Shown here piece by piece: positions 20,646-29,961 of a stretch of DNA of 48,027 bases; the stretch's first letter is position 1, and every line of letters begins with the position of its first letter. The translations under genes were made by a program, and so were the position numbers. A model generated the notes under the pieces. The model did not search any database and had not been told where the DNA came from. It was given only the letters and a program-made list of their open reading frames with translations. Origin of the DNA: Acidimicrobiia bacterium (GTDB taxonomy: Bacteria; Actinomycetota; Acidimicrobiia; Spongiisociales; SHLN01); assembly GCA_041619515.1 (NCBI GenBank), contig JBFKDW010000012.1, positions 1-48,027 on the forward strand, read 5' to 3'.

Positions 20646-21565
20646 CCCGAGCTTTGATCACAGGGGGGGCGGGATTCCTGGGCCGCCGCCTCGGAACCTG
20701 GCTGCTCGAAGAGGGCTACGAGGTCGTCGTGCTCGACGACCTGTCGAGCCCCAGCCCGCTGGGTCCCCCACCCGGGGCCACCTTCGTGGAGGGCAGCGTT
20801 GTCGATCCGCCCGCCCTGCCGGGCTCCTTCGACCGCATCTACCACCTGGCCTCGCCCGCCTCACCGCCGCGGTATCTCCAGGATCCGATCGGCACGCTCC
20901 GGACGGGTGCCGAAGGAACGCGCACCATGCTCGATCTGGCGGCGGCGCAGGGCGCCCGGTTCGTGCTCGCATCCACCAGCGAGGTGTACGGGGACCCGAC
21001 CGAGCATCCCCAGCGCGAGGAGTACACCGGTTCGGTACAGGTGACCTCGACCCGTGCCTGCTACGACGAGGCCAAGCGGTATGCCGAGGCGCTCACCTAC
21101 GCCTACCAGCGGACGGGCCGGGTTCCCGAGATCCGGGTCGCCCGGATCTTCAACACGTACGGCCCCGGGATGGCCCCCGATGACGGGCGGGTGGTCTCCA
21201 ACTTCGTGACCCAGGCGCTCTCCGGGCAGCGGTTGACCGTCTACGGCGACGGGTCCCAGACCCGATCGTTCTGCTACGTCGATGATCTCATCGAGGCGAT
21301 TTGGCGGCTGTCCAACAGCGAGGTCACCGAACCGGTCAACATCGGAAATCCCGAGGAGATGTCGATGAAGGAGCTGGCCTCGACCATCGCCGAGGTGATC
21401 GACGACACAGGCATCGACTATCGGCCGCTTCCCGAATCCGATCCCGCCCGGCGGCGCCCCGACATCAGCCGGGCGCAGCGACTCCTTGGTTGGGAGCCCA
21501 AGGTGGGGCTGGCGGCGGGGCTGCCACCGACGATCGCGTACTTCCGCTCTCTGCTCGATGCCTGA
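20642..21565 (+). CDS. UDP-glucuronate decarboxylase (UDP-xylose synthase) family SDR
   Basis: GGAGFLG, HLASPASP, STSEVYGDP, CYDEAKR, RIFNTYGP, DGRVVSNF, QTRSFCYV. Confidence 0.9.
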   Translation: MTRALITGGAGFLGRRLGTWLLEEGYEVVVLDDLSSPSPLGPPPGATFVEGSVVDPPALPGSFDRIYHLASPASPPRYLQDPIGTLRTGAEGTRTMLDLAAAQGARFVLASTSEVYGDPTEHPQREEYTGSVQVTSTRACYDEAKRYAEALTYAYQRTGRVPEIRVARIFNTYGPGMAPDDGRVVSNFVTQALSGQRLTVYGDGSQTRSFCYVDDLIEAIWRLSNSEVTEPVNIGNPEEMSMKELASTIAEVIDDTGIDYRPLPESDPARRRPDISRAQRLLGWEPKVGLAAGLPPTIAYFRSLLDA

Positions 21566-22271
21566 CTATCAATTGCTGACGATCATCGTCCCGGTCTTCA
21601 ACGAGCGGAACACGGTCGGCGAGGCCATTCGCCGGGTACGCGACGCTCCACTCGAAATCGACCGGGAGATCATCGTCGTCGACGACGGCTCGCAGGATGG
21701 CACGCTGGACATCGTTCGAAAGCTCAGCGACTCGACCGTGCGGCTGGTCTCGCACCCCGACAACCGGGGGAAGGGGGCAGCCGTGCGCAGGGGCATCGAG
21801 GAGGCGAGGGGGGATCTCATCGTCATCCAGGACGCCGACCTCGAGTACGACCCCCGCGACCTCGCCCGGCTGCTGCGCCCGCTGCGAGAGGGCCAAGCGC
21901 GGGTGGTGTACGGCTCGCGATTCACGGGCGAGCGCCGCAACATGTTCTTCTGGCATTGGATCGGCAACCGGTTCCTCAGCCTGGTAACCAACGTGCTGTT
22001 CAACACCACCCTCTCGGACATGGAGACGTGCTACAAGATGTTCGACGCTGATTTCCTCCGTTCGCTCAACCTCACCGCGGATCGGTTCGAGTTCGAGCCG
22101 GAGGTGACCGCCACCACGCTGCGAATGGGAGAGCGCATCTGGGAAGTCCCGATCACCTACGCCGGCCGTGAGCTGCACGAAGGGAAGAAGATCACCTGGC
22201 GGGACGGAGTTCCCGCCCTCGCCACGCTCATTCGGGTTCGCTTGGCCCGCCGGGAAGCGTTGCTCCGATGA
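21558..22271 (+). CDS. GT2 polyprenol-phosphate glycosyltransferase (DPM1-like)
   Basis: VPVFNE, VVDDGSQDG, NRGKGAAVR, IQDADLEYDP, DMETCYK, EGKKI. Confidence 0.9.
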   Translation: MPDYQLLTIIVPVFNERNTVGEAIRRVRDAPLEIDREIIVVDDGSQDGTLDIVRKLSDSTVRLVSHPDNRGKGAAVRRGIEEARGDLIVIQDADLEYDPRDLARLLRPLREGQARVVYGSRFTGERRNMFFWHWIGNRFLSLVTNVLFNTTLSDMETCYKMFDADFLRSLNLTADRFEFEPEVTATTLRMGERIWEVPITYAGRELHEGKKITWRDGVPALATLIRVRLARREALLR

Positions 22272-23278
22272 TCCGCCAAGCGGTGCTCCTCGTCGGGGGG
22301 CGGGGCACCCGGGTGTGGCCCCTCACGCATTCGATGCCGAAGGGGCTCCTGCCGGTGGCGGGCGTGCCGTTCATCGAGCTCCAGTTCCGGCTGCTGGCCG
22401 AGGTCGGCGTCGAGGAGGTGATCCTGGCGATCGGCACGGACCACGAGCAGGCATGGCGGTCCTACGCCGACTCGGTGGCAAACCCGCACCTGAAGGTTTC
22501 CGTCGAACACGAGCCGCTCGACACGGCGGGACCGGTCGGAGCGGTTCGCGACCACCTCGACGAGACGTTCCTCGTCCTCAACGGTGACGTCGTGCTGGAG
22601 GGCGACCTGGCCGGCTTCGTGTCGGGTGCTCCTGATGCCCCGGCCGTGCTGGCGCTGGTGGAAGTGGAGGACACCAGCGCCTACGGTGTGGTCGTGACCA
22701 AACCCGACGGGCTGGTGGATCGCTTCGTCGAGAAGCCCCCGGCGGGCACCGCCCCCGCCAACACCGTCAATGCCGGGATGTACATTCTCCACCGCCGGGT
22801 GATCGAGCGCTATCCCCCCGGGCGGCTGTCGTTTGAGCGGGTCGTGTTCCCGGATCTCGTGAAATCACACGAGCTCGGCGCCCTCACCATCGAGGGGGAG
22901 TGGCTCGACATCGGCACGGGCGACCTGTACCTGGCCACCCACGACGCGGTAGCCGCCGGGCGGTCCCGCCTGGTGCGCTTTCCCGAGCCGGTGCCCGACC
23001 CCTGGGTAGTGGTCGAATCGGGGGCGGTCGTCGACCGGGATGCCACCGTTGAGGAAGCGATCGTCCTGGCGGGTGCCCGCATCGGTGCCGGGGCCACGGT
23101 GCGGCGGGCGGTCGTGGGTCGGGAAGCCATCGTCGAGCCGGGGGCGTCGGTCAGCGGTGGCTCGCTGGTGGGTGAGAAGGCGGTCATCGGAACCGGCTGC
23201 GAGATCGATCGGGGGGCACGCATCGCCCCCAACGCCCGGCTCGAGCCCGGCTCGGTCACCTTTTCGCCGCCCGAGTGA
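22268..23278 (+). CDS. NDP-sugar synthase (mannose-1-phosphate guanylyltransferase-like) with C-terminal left-handed beta-helix
   Basis: LVGGRGTRVWPLT...PK, EPLDTAG, LNGD, FVEKP, WLDIGT, hexapeptide repeats. Confidence 0.9.
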   Translation: MIRQAVLLVGGRGTRVWPLTHSMPKGLLPVAGVPFIELQFRLLAEVGVEEVILAIGTDHEQAWRSYADSVANPHLKVSVEHEPLDTAGPVGAVRDHLDETFLVLNGDVVLEGDLAGFVSGAPDAPAVLALVEVEDTSAYGVVVTKPDGLVDRFVEKPPAGTAPANTVNAGMYILHRRVIERYPPGRLSFERVVFPDLVKSHELGALTIEGEWLDIGTGDLYLATHDAVAAGRSRLVRFPEPVPDPWVVVESGAVVDRDATVEEAIVLAGARIGAGATVRRAVVGREAIVEPGASVSGGSLVGEKAVIGTGCEIDRGARIAPNARLEPGSVTFSPPE

Positions 23279-23328
23279 GGGTGCATGGTTGCCGGTAGTC
23301 TCCACAACGACGAAAGGGACGACAACAC

Positions 23329-24264
23329 ATGAGCGGCAAGGCCCTTGTCACCGGCGGAGCAGGGTTCATCGGATCTCACCTGGTCGACCGGCTGATCGAT
23401 GATGAATGGGAGGTTCTGGCGGTCGACGACCTGTCGAAGGGCCACCTCGACCGGCTCGCCGAGGCCCGGCGCATCGGTCACGTGCACTTTCACCAGCTCG
23501 ACATCTGCTCCCCTGAGTTCCGGGAAGCGGTGCGGCGCTTCGCGCCGGATGTCATCCATCACCTCGCCGCCCAATCCGGAGTCAGGCCCTCGGTCGAGGA
23601 CCCGCTTTTCGACGCCAGGGTCAATGTGCTCGGCACGGTCAACGTGCTGCAGGCGGCCGCTGAGTCGGAGGCCCAGCGAGTGGTCTTTGCCTCGTCGGGG
23701 GGAGCCATGTTCGGTGAAGTGCCGGGCGACCCGGTGACCGAGGATGCGCCCGCCCTGCCCGACGCCCCGTACGGGATCTCGAAGAAGATCGTGGAGGACT
23801 ATTTCCGCTACTACCGCCAAACGGCCGGAGTCGACTATGTCATCCTGGCGCTCGGAAACATCTACGGCCCGCGACAAGACCCGTTTGGAGAGGCCGGCGT
23901 CGTGGCGATCTTCTCCCGGTTGATGCTCGACGGCCGCCGCCCGGTGGTCAACGGCGACGGTGAACAGGCTCGCGACTACGTCTACATCGACGACACCGTC
24001 GACGCCTTCGCCCGCGCCGGTGAGATCGGCGGGGGCACGAGGCTCAACATCGGCACCGGGGTCGCCACCACGGTCAACGAGCTGTTCGCCCTGATCGCAG
24101 AGGCAGCCGGCTACTCAGGAGAGCCCGAATACGGCCCTGCCAAGCCCGGGGACTTGGCGCGGTCGGTGATCGACGCCTCGGCCGCCAAGGCACATCTCGG
24201 ATGGGAACCGTGGACCGGCCTCCCAGCCGGCATCAGCAAGACCGTGGCCTCGTTTCGACAATGA
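23329..24264 (+). CDS. NAD-dependent sugar epimerase (UDP-glucose 4-epimerase-like)
   Basis: TGGAGFIGSH, HLAAQ, ASSGG, PYGISK, NIYGPRQ, RDYVYI. Confidence 0.9.
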   Translation: MSGKALVTGGAGFIGSHLVDRLIDDEWEVLAVDDLSKGHLDRLAEARRIGHVHFHQLDICSPEFREAVRRFAPDVIHHLAAQSGVRPSVEDPLFDARVNVLGTVNVLQAAAESEAQRVVFASSGGAMFGEVPGDPVTEDAPALPDAPYGISKKIVEDYFRYYRQTAGVDYVILALGNIYGPRQDPFGEAGVVAIFSRLMLDGRRPVVNGDGEQARDYVYIDDTVDAFARAGEIGGGTRLNIGTGVATTVNELFALIAEAAGYSGEPEYGPAKPGDLARSVIDASAAKAHLGWEPWTGLPAGISKTVASFRQ

Positions 24265-24281
24265 CGGGCGCCCGGGGCCGG

Positions 24282-24974
24282 CTATAGGAACAAGTCATCC
24301 TGCGGGTCGCGTACCAGGTCGGCGGCCCGCCCGTCGCCGATCAACGCCGTGCCTCTGGCCAGAGCCACCGGGATCCGCGCTGCCTTTCCCATCACGAGGT
24401 CGGCGGCACCAGCCAGCTCGTCGGCCACTGCCACTTCGGTGGCGGTGAGCTCCCTGCCTTCATGGTCGAGGTGGCCGCGCAGATCGAGGAGCGACGTCAC
24501 CCCCGACATGCCGATGGCAACGTCGGTTTGCCCGCGCCGCCAGGCACGGCCGAACGTGTCTGTGATCAGTACCCCCAGAGAGGTGCCGGAGCCCCGTTCC
24601 AGCCCCACCCGTATGCGATGGGCCGAGCGGTCCGGATCGGTCGGCAGGAGCACCGCAGTGCCGTGGGGCGTGTTCGAGCGATCCACGGCAGCATTGGCGC
24701 AAACGAAGCCGTGGTGCGTGCGAGTGATGACGAGATCCCCGCGGCGGCGGATGACGTCGGCCGCCTCCTCCGCAACCAGACGGCGGTAGTCGGCGTCGGA
24801 CAGGACCTTTGCCGTCCTCCCCTCCGCCTTCGACACGATCTTGTGGGTTACCACGAAGATGTCACCGTCTTGGATCGCCAGCCCGAGGTCCTCGACTGCA
24901 GTCAGGATGGCGGCGGCCAGGTCGTCACCGGCCACGATCTCGGGAATCCCGGGGACGGGCCAGATCGTCATCAT
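24282..24974 (-). CDS. cofE: Coenzyme F420-0:L-glutamate ligase (single domain)
   Basis: GIPEIVAGDDL, KIVSKAEGR, CANAAVDRSN, DTFGRAWRRG, ADELAGAADLVMGK. Confidence 0.93.
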   Translation of the reverse strand: MMTIWPVPGIPEIVAGDDLAAAILTAVEDLGLAIQDGDIFVVTHKIVSKAEGRTAKVLSDADYRRLVAEEAADVIRRRGDLVITRTHHGFVCANAAVDRSNTPHGTAVLLPTDPDRSAHRIRVGLERGSGTSLGVLITDTFGRAWRRGQTDVAIGMSGVTSLLDLRGHLDHEGRELTATEVAVADELAGAADLVMGKAARIPVALARGTALIGDGRAADLVRDPQDDLFL

Positions 24975-25894
24975 GGGAGATCCAGCAGTTCGCCTGCGAA
25001 GCGGGCGGCGGCACCCGGGTCGGCGATGCGGGTGTCGAGGGCGTGCACCCTGGCAGCCGTGTCGACCGGTTGGTCGGCGTCGGAGATGTCAACGACGAGA
25101 TCGGTGAGGAGTCCGGCGTATGCGTCCGCCACGCCCTGATTGCCCGGCGCCAGTCCGAGTCCTGCCATGACCCGGTCCGCCGGACCCTTCAGGGCCCTGC
25201 CCCCGAAGAGTGGGCTCACCGCCACCACCCGGGTGGCCTGCTCGAGGGCCGGACGAATCCCCGGGATCGCCAGGATCGGCCAAATGGAAAGGGGTGGGTT
25301 GGACGGGGCGATCAGCACCAGGGATGCCGCCCGGATCGCCTCGACTACCCCCGGCCCGGGCACCGCCGTCTCTGCGCCTTCGAAGCGCAGCTCGTCGACG
25401 GGGTCCTGGTTCCGTCGCAGGACGAAGTATTCCTGAAAGGACATCCAGCTCTCCCCTGATCTGACCATGGTCGGAACCCGGTCGTCACTCACCGGCAGCA
25501 CGGCGGCGCCCACCCCGAAGGCAGCGGCGATGTCGGCGGTGATCGCCGTCAGCGAATCGCCCCGGCGCAGCCGAGCCGTGCGGTAGAGGTTGGTGGCGAG
25601 GTCGCGATCGCCGATCCGAAACCGAATGTCTCCCCCCAGGCTTCCGAGATGGGCCATGACCTCGAAGCTGTCACCGGCCAGGCCCCAGCCCTCGGGCCCC
25701 TCGGTGGCGGCCAGGGTGTAGACGACGGTGTCGAGGTCCGGCGACACGAACAGGCCGTGGACGAACTCGTCGTCGCCCACATTCACGACCATGGTGACAC
25801 GATCGCAGATGCCGTCCAGGCCGCGTCCCAGGCGAGCTCCTCCCACCCCACCGGAGAGGGCGACGACCTCCAGGTCATTGCGATAGCTGCTCAT
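24971..25894 (-). CDS. cofD: 2-phospho-L-lactate/PEP transferase for F420 biosynthesis
   Basis: LSGGVGGA, NVGDD, SPDLDTVVYTL, IGDRDLAT, FQEYFV, APSNP, GRALKGPA. Confidence 0.94.
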   Translation of the reverse strand: MSSYRNDLEVVALSGGVGGARLGRGLDGICDRVTMVVNVGDDEFVHGLFVSPDLDTVVYTLAATEGPEGWGLAGDSFEVMAHLGSLGGDIRFRIGDRDLATNLYRTARLRRGDSLTAITADIAAAFGVGAAVLPVSDDRVPTMVRSGESWMSFQEYFVLRRNQDPVDELRFEGAETAVPGPGVVEAIRAASLVLIAPSNPPLSIWPILAIPGIRPALEQATRVVAVSPLFGGRALKGPADRVMAGLGLAPGNQGVADAYAGLLTDLVVDISDADQPVDTAARVHALDTRIADPGAAARFAGELLDLP

Positions 25895-25912
25895 TGGCTG
25901 GAGAATGGCCGC
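25895..25912. promoter_or_regulatory. Putative bidirectional promoter with overlapping -10 hexamers between two divergent leaderless genes
   Basis: Only 18 bp between the divergent ATGs. GAGAAT (+, 25901-25906) lies 6 nt before ATG 25913; CATTCT (-, 25907-25902) lies 7 nt before ATG 25894. No RBS on either side. Confidence 0.5.
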
Positions 25913-28675
25913 ATGACGCTTCTCGACCCTGCGCGGTCGGATTCTCCAACGGCGACCGCACTAGTCGCTGCCCTCGTGGCGGTCCACGGTGGGGAGTCCT
26001 TGGGCGAGGCATTGGAAGCCATAGATCGGCAAGTGTACGAGCCGGAGGCGGTGATCGTTGTCGGCGGCAACGCTGAAATCCGCGAGGAGAGCGGCGAATC
26101 GAAATGGGCGGCGAGCCTTGCCGAGGCGGTGGCGGGCCTCGAGCCGTCCATTACCCACGTGTGGCTGCTGCACGATGACAGCATTCCCCGGCCCGACGCA
26201 CTGGCGGCACTGGTGCGCGAAGGGGGACGGGTCGGGGCTGATCTCGTCGGATCCAAGATCCTACGGTCCGGCCGTCCGGGTGTGCTCGAGTCGGTGGGCT
26301 TTGCCACCGATGTCTTCGAAGTTCCCGCCAGCGGGCTCGATACCGACGAGCTCGATCAGGAGCAGTACGACGTGCTGCGCGACGTGGCCTTCGTGGCCGG
26401 AAGCTCGATCCTCGTCGACCGGGACATGCTCGAGCGTGTCGGCGGGCTGGATCGGCGCCTCGAGCCGATCATGGCCGCACTCGACCTCTGCCAGCGGGTG
26501 CGCCTGGCGGGCGGTCGGGTGGTGGTGGTTCCCAGCGCGGAGGTGTTGCACGACGGGACCTGTGCCGGCCGGTCGAAGCGCTGGCGGGTGGAGGCCGGTC
26601 GCCTGCGAGCCATGCTCAAGGCGTACAGCCCTGTGACCCTGGTGTGGGTTGTTCCCTTCAATCTCGGCCTCGGGCTGCTGGAGGCGGTTATCAGCCCGCT
26701 GGTCGGGAAGTGGAGGCTGTTCGCGTTCCTGCGGGCGTGGCTCTGGAACCTCGTGTGGCTCCCCAGCACCATCGGCGCCCGCCGCCGGGTGGAGCGAGTC
26801 GTTGGTGATGCCGAGCTGTTTCGTTTTCAGGTGCGTGGCTCGGCCCGCCTCAACTCGCTCTGGGAGCGCACCGCCGACCTTGTCGGCCGCTTCACTGCAT
26901 CAGAGCAGGCGCGCAGCCTCGGCCACCTGGTGGACTCGGGAGGCGAGACGGTCAGGCGCCCGGTCGTCGCCTCGGTTCTCGCCGGGGTCGGTTTCGCGTT
27001 GTTTGCCACTCGTCAACTGTGGGTGGATGGGGTGACCACCGTGGGGTACGCGCTGGCCCCCCCGTCCTCGGTAGCGTCCGCTCTGCGGGCTGTGGCAGGG
27101 GGGTGGAACCCGGCCGGCCTGGGCAGCGCCGAGCCACTCCGGCCGGTGCACGGAATGGTTTCGCTGGTACAGGTGGCGGTGTTCGGACGGGCCTCGCTGG
27201 CGCTCACTCTGATCATGGTGGCGGCGGCCGTGGCAGGGGTCGTCGGCATCGCCCGGCTGCTCGGCCCCTTCGGTGTCCGCCCTGCCGCCCGCTACGCAGC
27301 CGGCGTGCTCTTCATCGGGGGGCCGGTTGTGCGGGTACTGGCGGCCGATGGGGTGTGGCACGGGATCGTGGCAATGGCCCTTCTGCCGTGGATCCTGGCG
27401 GTGGTCCTTCATCGTCGCCGGACCGCCTCGGCCGTAGCGTCCGCCGCCCTGCTCACGGCGATGGCGGCCGCCTTCGCTCCGCTGGTGGTCGGGCTGCCGC
27501 TGGCCATGATGCTCATCTGGGCGTTGGTTGATTCCGACGACCGTTTGCTGAGCGCCCGGCGGGCGGCGGCCGGCGCGCTGCTGGCGTTGCCGGCGCTGCT
27601 GCCGTGGCTGGCCGCAATCGACGACGCAGGATTCGTCCTCACATCAGGACCAGACTTTTTCTGGTCACCCACGTGGTGGATCGTCGGTGTCTCGGCCATC
27701 ACCGCCCTGACGGTGCTGGCAGCCGCACCGGAAGCCGTCGGCAAGCTATGCGGGTGGGGAGTCCTCGTCCTGACAGGGGGCGCCGTGCTGGCGAGGAGCG
27801 GAAGCTTCGGGTGGGGCACCGACCCCGGGATTGCCGGAATGGCCGCGGTCGGGGTCGGGCTTGCAGCCGTGGCGGGAGCCGCCTTCGAGACCGGCGCCCG
27901 GGCGTTTGCCGTGTCCGCCCCCGGGCGCTACGCCCGGCTTCTGGCAGGCCTCCTGGCGGCGCTGCTGGTGGCAGGGAGCCTGACCCTCGCCCTCCCCGGC
28001 CGTTTCGGTTTCCCCGAGGCAGGCCTGGAGGAGACCCTCTCGTTCACGGCTCAGACCACACCCGGCCGGGCGCTGCTCCTCGGTGACGAAAACATGATGC
28101 CCGGCGGGGGTCACTCGTTGCCGGGCGGCATCCACTACCGGGTGGTGTCCACCCCGGTCCCGCGCCTCTGGGAGGCGTGGCCGACGCCGGAGCTGGCCGG
28201 AGACGTTGCGCTCACCAGCGCGCTGGCCAAGGCCCTCTCGGGCGGCGACTTTCGGCTGGGGGAAGCCCTGGCGCCGTTTGGCATCCAGTGGATCATCACG
28301 ACCGGGTCGCGTCCCCTGGATGCAGCCCTGGATGCACAGCTGGACCTGATGCCACTCGCTCTCCCCAGGACGAGCGCCTACCGGGTCGAAGTCCCGGCGC
28401 CCCGGGCCGTCGACGACAGCGGACGGGAGTGGGTCTCGACCGGCACCGGGTACGTCGGCCCGGCCGGCGGTGGGACGGTCCGGCTGGCCGAGAACGGGGA
28501 CACCCGCTGGGGTGAGATCTGGGAGCAGGACGGATGGGCCAACCGGGTGACGGTGCCGGGGCCGCTCATCGAGTTCGGGCCCATCCGCCAGCTTCGGGTT
28601 GCCGCTTTCGTGGCGCTGGTATGGGCCGGATTGCTGGTCCTCGGCTCGGCGGCGATCCGGGAGCGCGGATCATGA
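25913..28675 (+). CDS. Large membrane protein with N-terminal GT2-like domain and many TM helices
   Basis: WLLHDDS.P.PDAL..L, GLDRRL, DLCQRVRLAGGRVVVVPSA, then more than 12 hydrophobic segments. This gene typically precedes DUF5719 in actinobacteria. Confidence 0.85.
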   Translation: MTLLDPARSDSPTATALVAALVAVHGGESLGEALEAIDRQVYEPEAVIVVGGNAEIREESGESKWAASLAEAVAGLEPSITHVWLLHDDSIPRPDALAALVREGGRVGADLVGSKILRSGRPGVLESVGFATDVFEVPASGLDTDELDQEQYDVLRDVAFVAGSSILVDRDMLERVGGLDRRLEPIMAALDLCQRVRLAGGRVVVVPSAEVLHDGTCAGRSKRWRVEAGRLRAMLKAYSPVTLVWVVPFNLGLGLLEAVISPLVGKWRLFAFLRAWLWNLVWLPSTIGARRRVERVVGDAELFRFQVRGSARLNSLWERTADLVGRFTASEQARSLGHLVDSGGETVRRPVVASVLAGVGFALFATRQLWVDGVTTVGYALAPPSSVASALRAVAGGWNPAGLGSAEPLRPVHGMVSLVQVAVFGRASLALTLIMVAAAVAGVVGIARLLGPFGVRPAARYAAGVLFIGGPVVRVLAADGVWHGIVAMALLPWILAVVLHRRRTASAVASAALLTAMAAAFAPLVVGLPLAMMLIWALVDSDDRLLSARRAAAGALLALPALLPWLAAIDDAGFVLTSGPDFFWSPTWWIVGVSAITALTVLAAAPEAVGKLCGWGVLVLTGGAVLARSGSFGWGTDPGIAGMAAVGVGLAAVAGAAFETGARAFAVSAPGRYARLLAGLLAALLVAGSLTLALPGRFGFPEAGLEETLSFTAQTTPGRALLLGDENMMPGGGHSLPGGIHYRVVSTPVPRLWEAWPTPELAGDVALTSALAKALSGGDFRLGEALAPFGIQWIITTGSRPLDAALDAQLDLMPLALPRTSAYRVEVPAPRAVDDSGREWVSTGTGYVGPAGGGTVRLAENGDTRWGEIWEQDGWANRVTVPGPLIEFGPIRQLRVAAFVALVWAGLLVLGSAAIRERGS

Positions 28676-29961
28676 AACGGCTCGTGATCGCGATTCTTGC
28701 CGGTGTCACCGCGGTGGCGGCCTGGACGCTGCCGGCTCCGGATGTGGCCACCGGCGTAGTCGATCAGCTGCCCGAGCCAGCGAGCGGCGCCCGAGCAGGT
28801 GTCTGGTTCTGTGGCGGAAGTGCTGGGCAAGTGGATCCGGTGCTCGTGGCCGCCGTCACCTCCCCTGGGCTGGTCGGGTTCACGCTCCCGCTCGACGGTG
28901 AGGTCCTCGACTCATACGAGACATGGGTGGAAGCCGGGGTCGGTGAGTGGGACGTGGGCGACGGTTTGCCGTTCCATTCCGGCTCGGCCATCGTCGAGAC
29001 TTCCACGGTCCCGTCGGCGGCGGCAGTCGTGTACCGGGGCCCCGAACAGGTCGCCGGTGACGAATGTCACGTGGCCGCCAAGGAGTGGTACCTCAACGGT
29101 GCCGCCATCGATCCGACGAGCACGCTCACCCTGCGGCTGTTCAATCCACTCCTGGAACAGGGCCGGGTGTCTCTCGAAGTCGTCAGCGAGTTCGGGTTCG
29201 AGCCGCTGCTCGACTTCGAGTCCGTGACCATCGGGCCGCGCACATGGGAGGACATCTCGTTGAGCCTGCTGCTCGGTGACCGGGAGCAGGTGGCCGTTCG
29301 GGTGTCGGTGGAGGAGGGGGTCGTGATACCGAGCCTGCATGCCACGGGCCCCGACACCCTGGCCGTGTGGCCGGGTGAGAGCCCCTCGTCCTCGTGGGAG
29401 TTTCCCCTCGCACAGGTGGCCGGCACGGCGGCGACTATTTCAATATGGAATCCCGGCACCGATCCGGCTGAGGTGAACATCGAGCTGATAGGCCGCCAGG
29501 GCCCCCTCGGGCTGTTCGACCTCGTCGTGGGGCCCCGACGGGAGGAGCGGTTCGACGTGTCGGAGGTGACGAGCGCCGAAGCGGCAGCGGTCGTGCGCTC
29601 ATCGGTGGCAGTGGTGGCCGCCGCCCGATCGCAGGGGAGCCGCGGCGACGCCGCCACCGTCGGCACCCCCCGCCCCGCCGAGCGGTGGCTGGTGCCTTCC
29701 AACGACGTGGTGTCCGGGCTGGCATCGTTCGTGTTTGTTCTCAACAGCGGAGATGAGCCCGTCCAACTTCTGGCCGGGGCAATCGGTCAAGCGACCGGGC
29801 CCCCCGTCGAGCTCGATGGCCACACCCTCACCCGGCTGGACCTCTCCGGACCGGGGGCCGAGATCAGCGCTACCGGTCCGATCACCGTGGCATGGCTCGT
29901 GGCAGGTTCCCGCGACACGGGGCTCGGCCTCGGTGTGCCGCTCGCCCCCCCCATCTCATGA
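28672..29961 (+). CDS. Secreted/membrane-anchored DUF5719-like protein
   Basis: Signal anchor, WFCGG, C...AKEWYLNG, and repeated LRLFNP / ISIWNPG / FVLNSG beta-sandwich units. ATGA overlap with the upstream gene. Confidence 0.75.
   Translation: MKRLVIAILAGVTAVAAWTLPAPDVATGVVDQLPEPASGARAGVWFCGGSAGQVDPVLVAAVTSPGLVGFTLPLDGEVLDSYETWVEAGVGEWDVGDGLPFHSGSAIVETSTVPSAAAVVYRGPEQVAGDECHVAAKEWYLNGAAIDPTSTLTLRLFNPLLEQGRVSLEVVSEFGFEPLLDFESVTIGPRTWEDISLSLLLGDREQVAVRVSVEEGVVIPSLHATGPDTLAVWPGESPSSSWEFPLAQVAGTAATISIWNPGTDPAEVNIELIGRQGPLGLFDLVVGPRREERFDVSEVTSAEAAAVVRSSVAVVAAARSQGSRGDAATVGTPRPAERWLVPSNDVVSGLASFVFVLNSGDEPVQLLAGAIGQATGPPVELDGHTLTRLDLSGPGAEISATGPITVAWLVAGSRDTGLGLGVPLAPPIS

Noticed and set aside
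25649..25912. N-terminal extension of the 1008-aa ORF
   Set aside because: Overlaps cofD antisense; the GT2-like sequence starts at ATG 25913.
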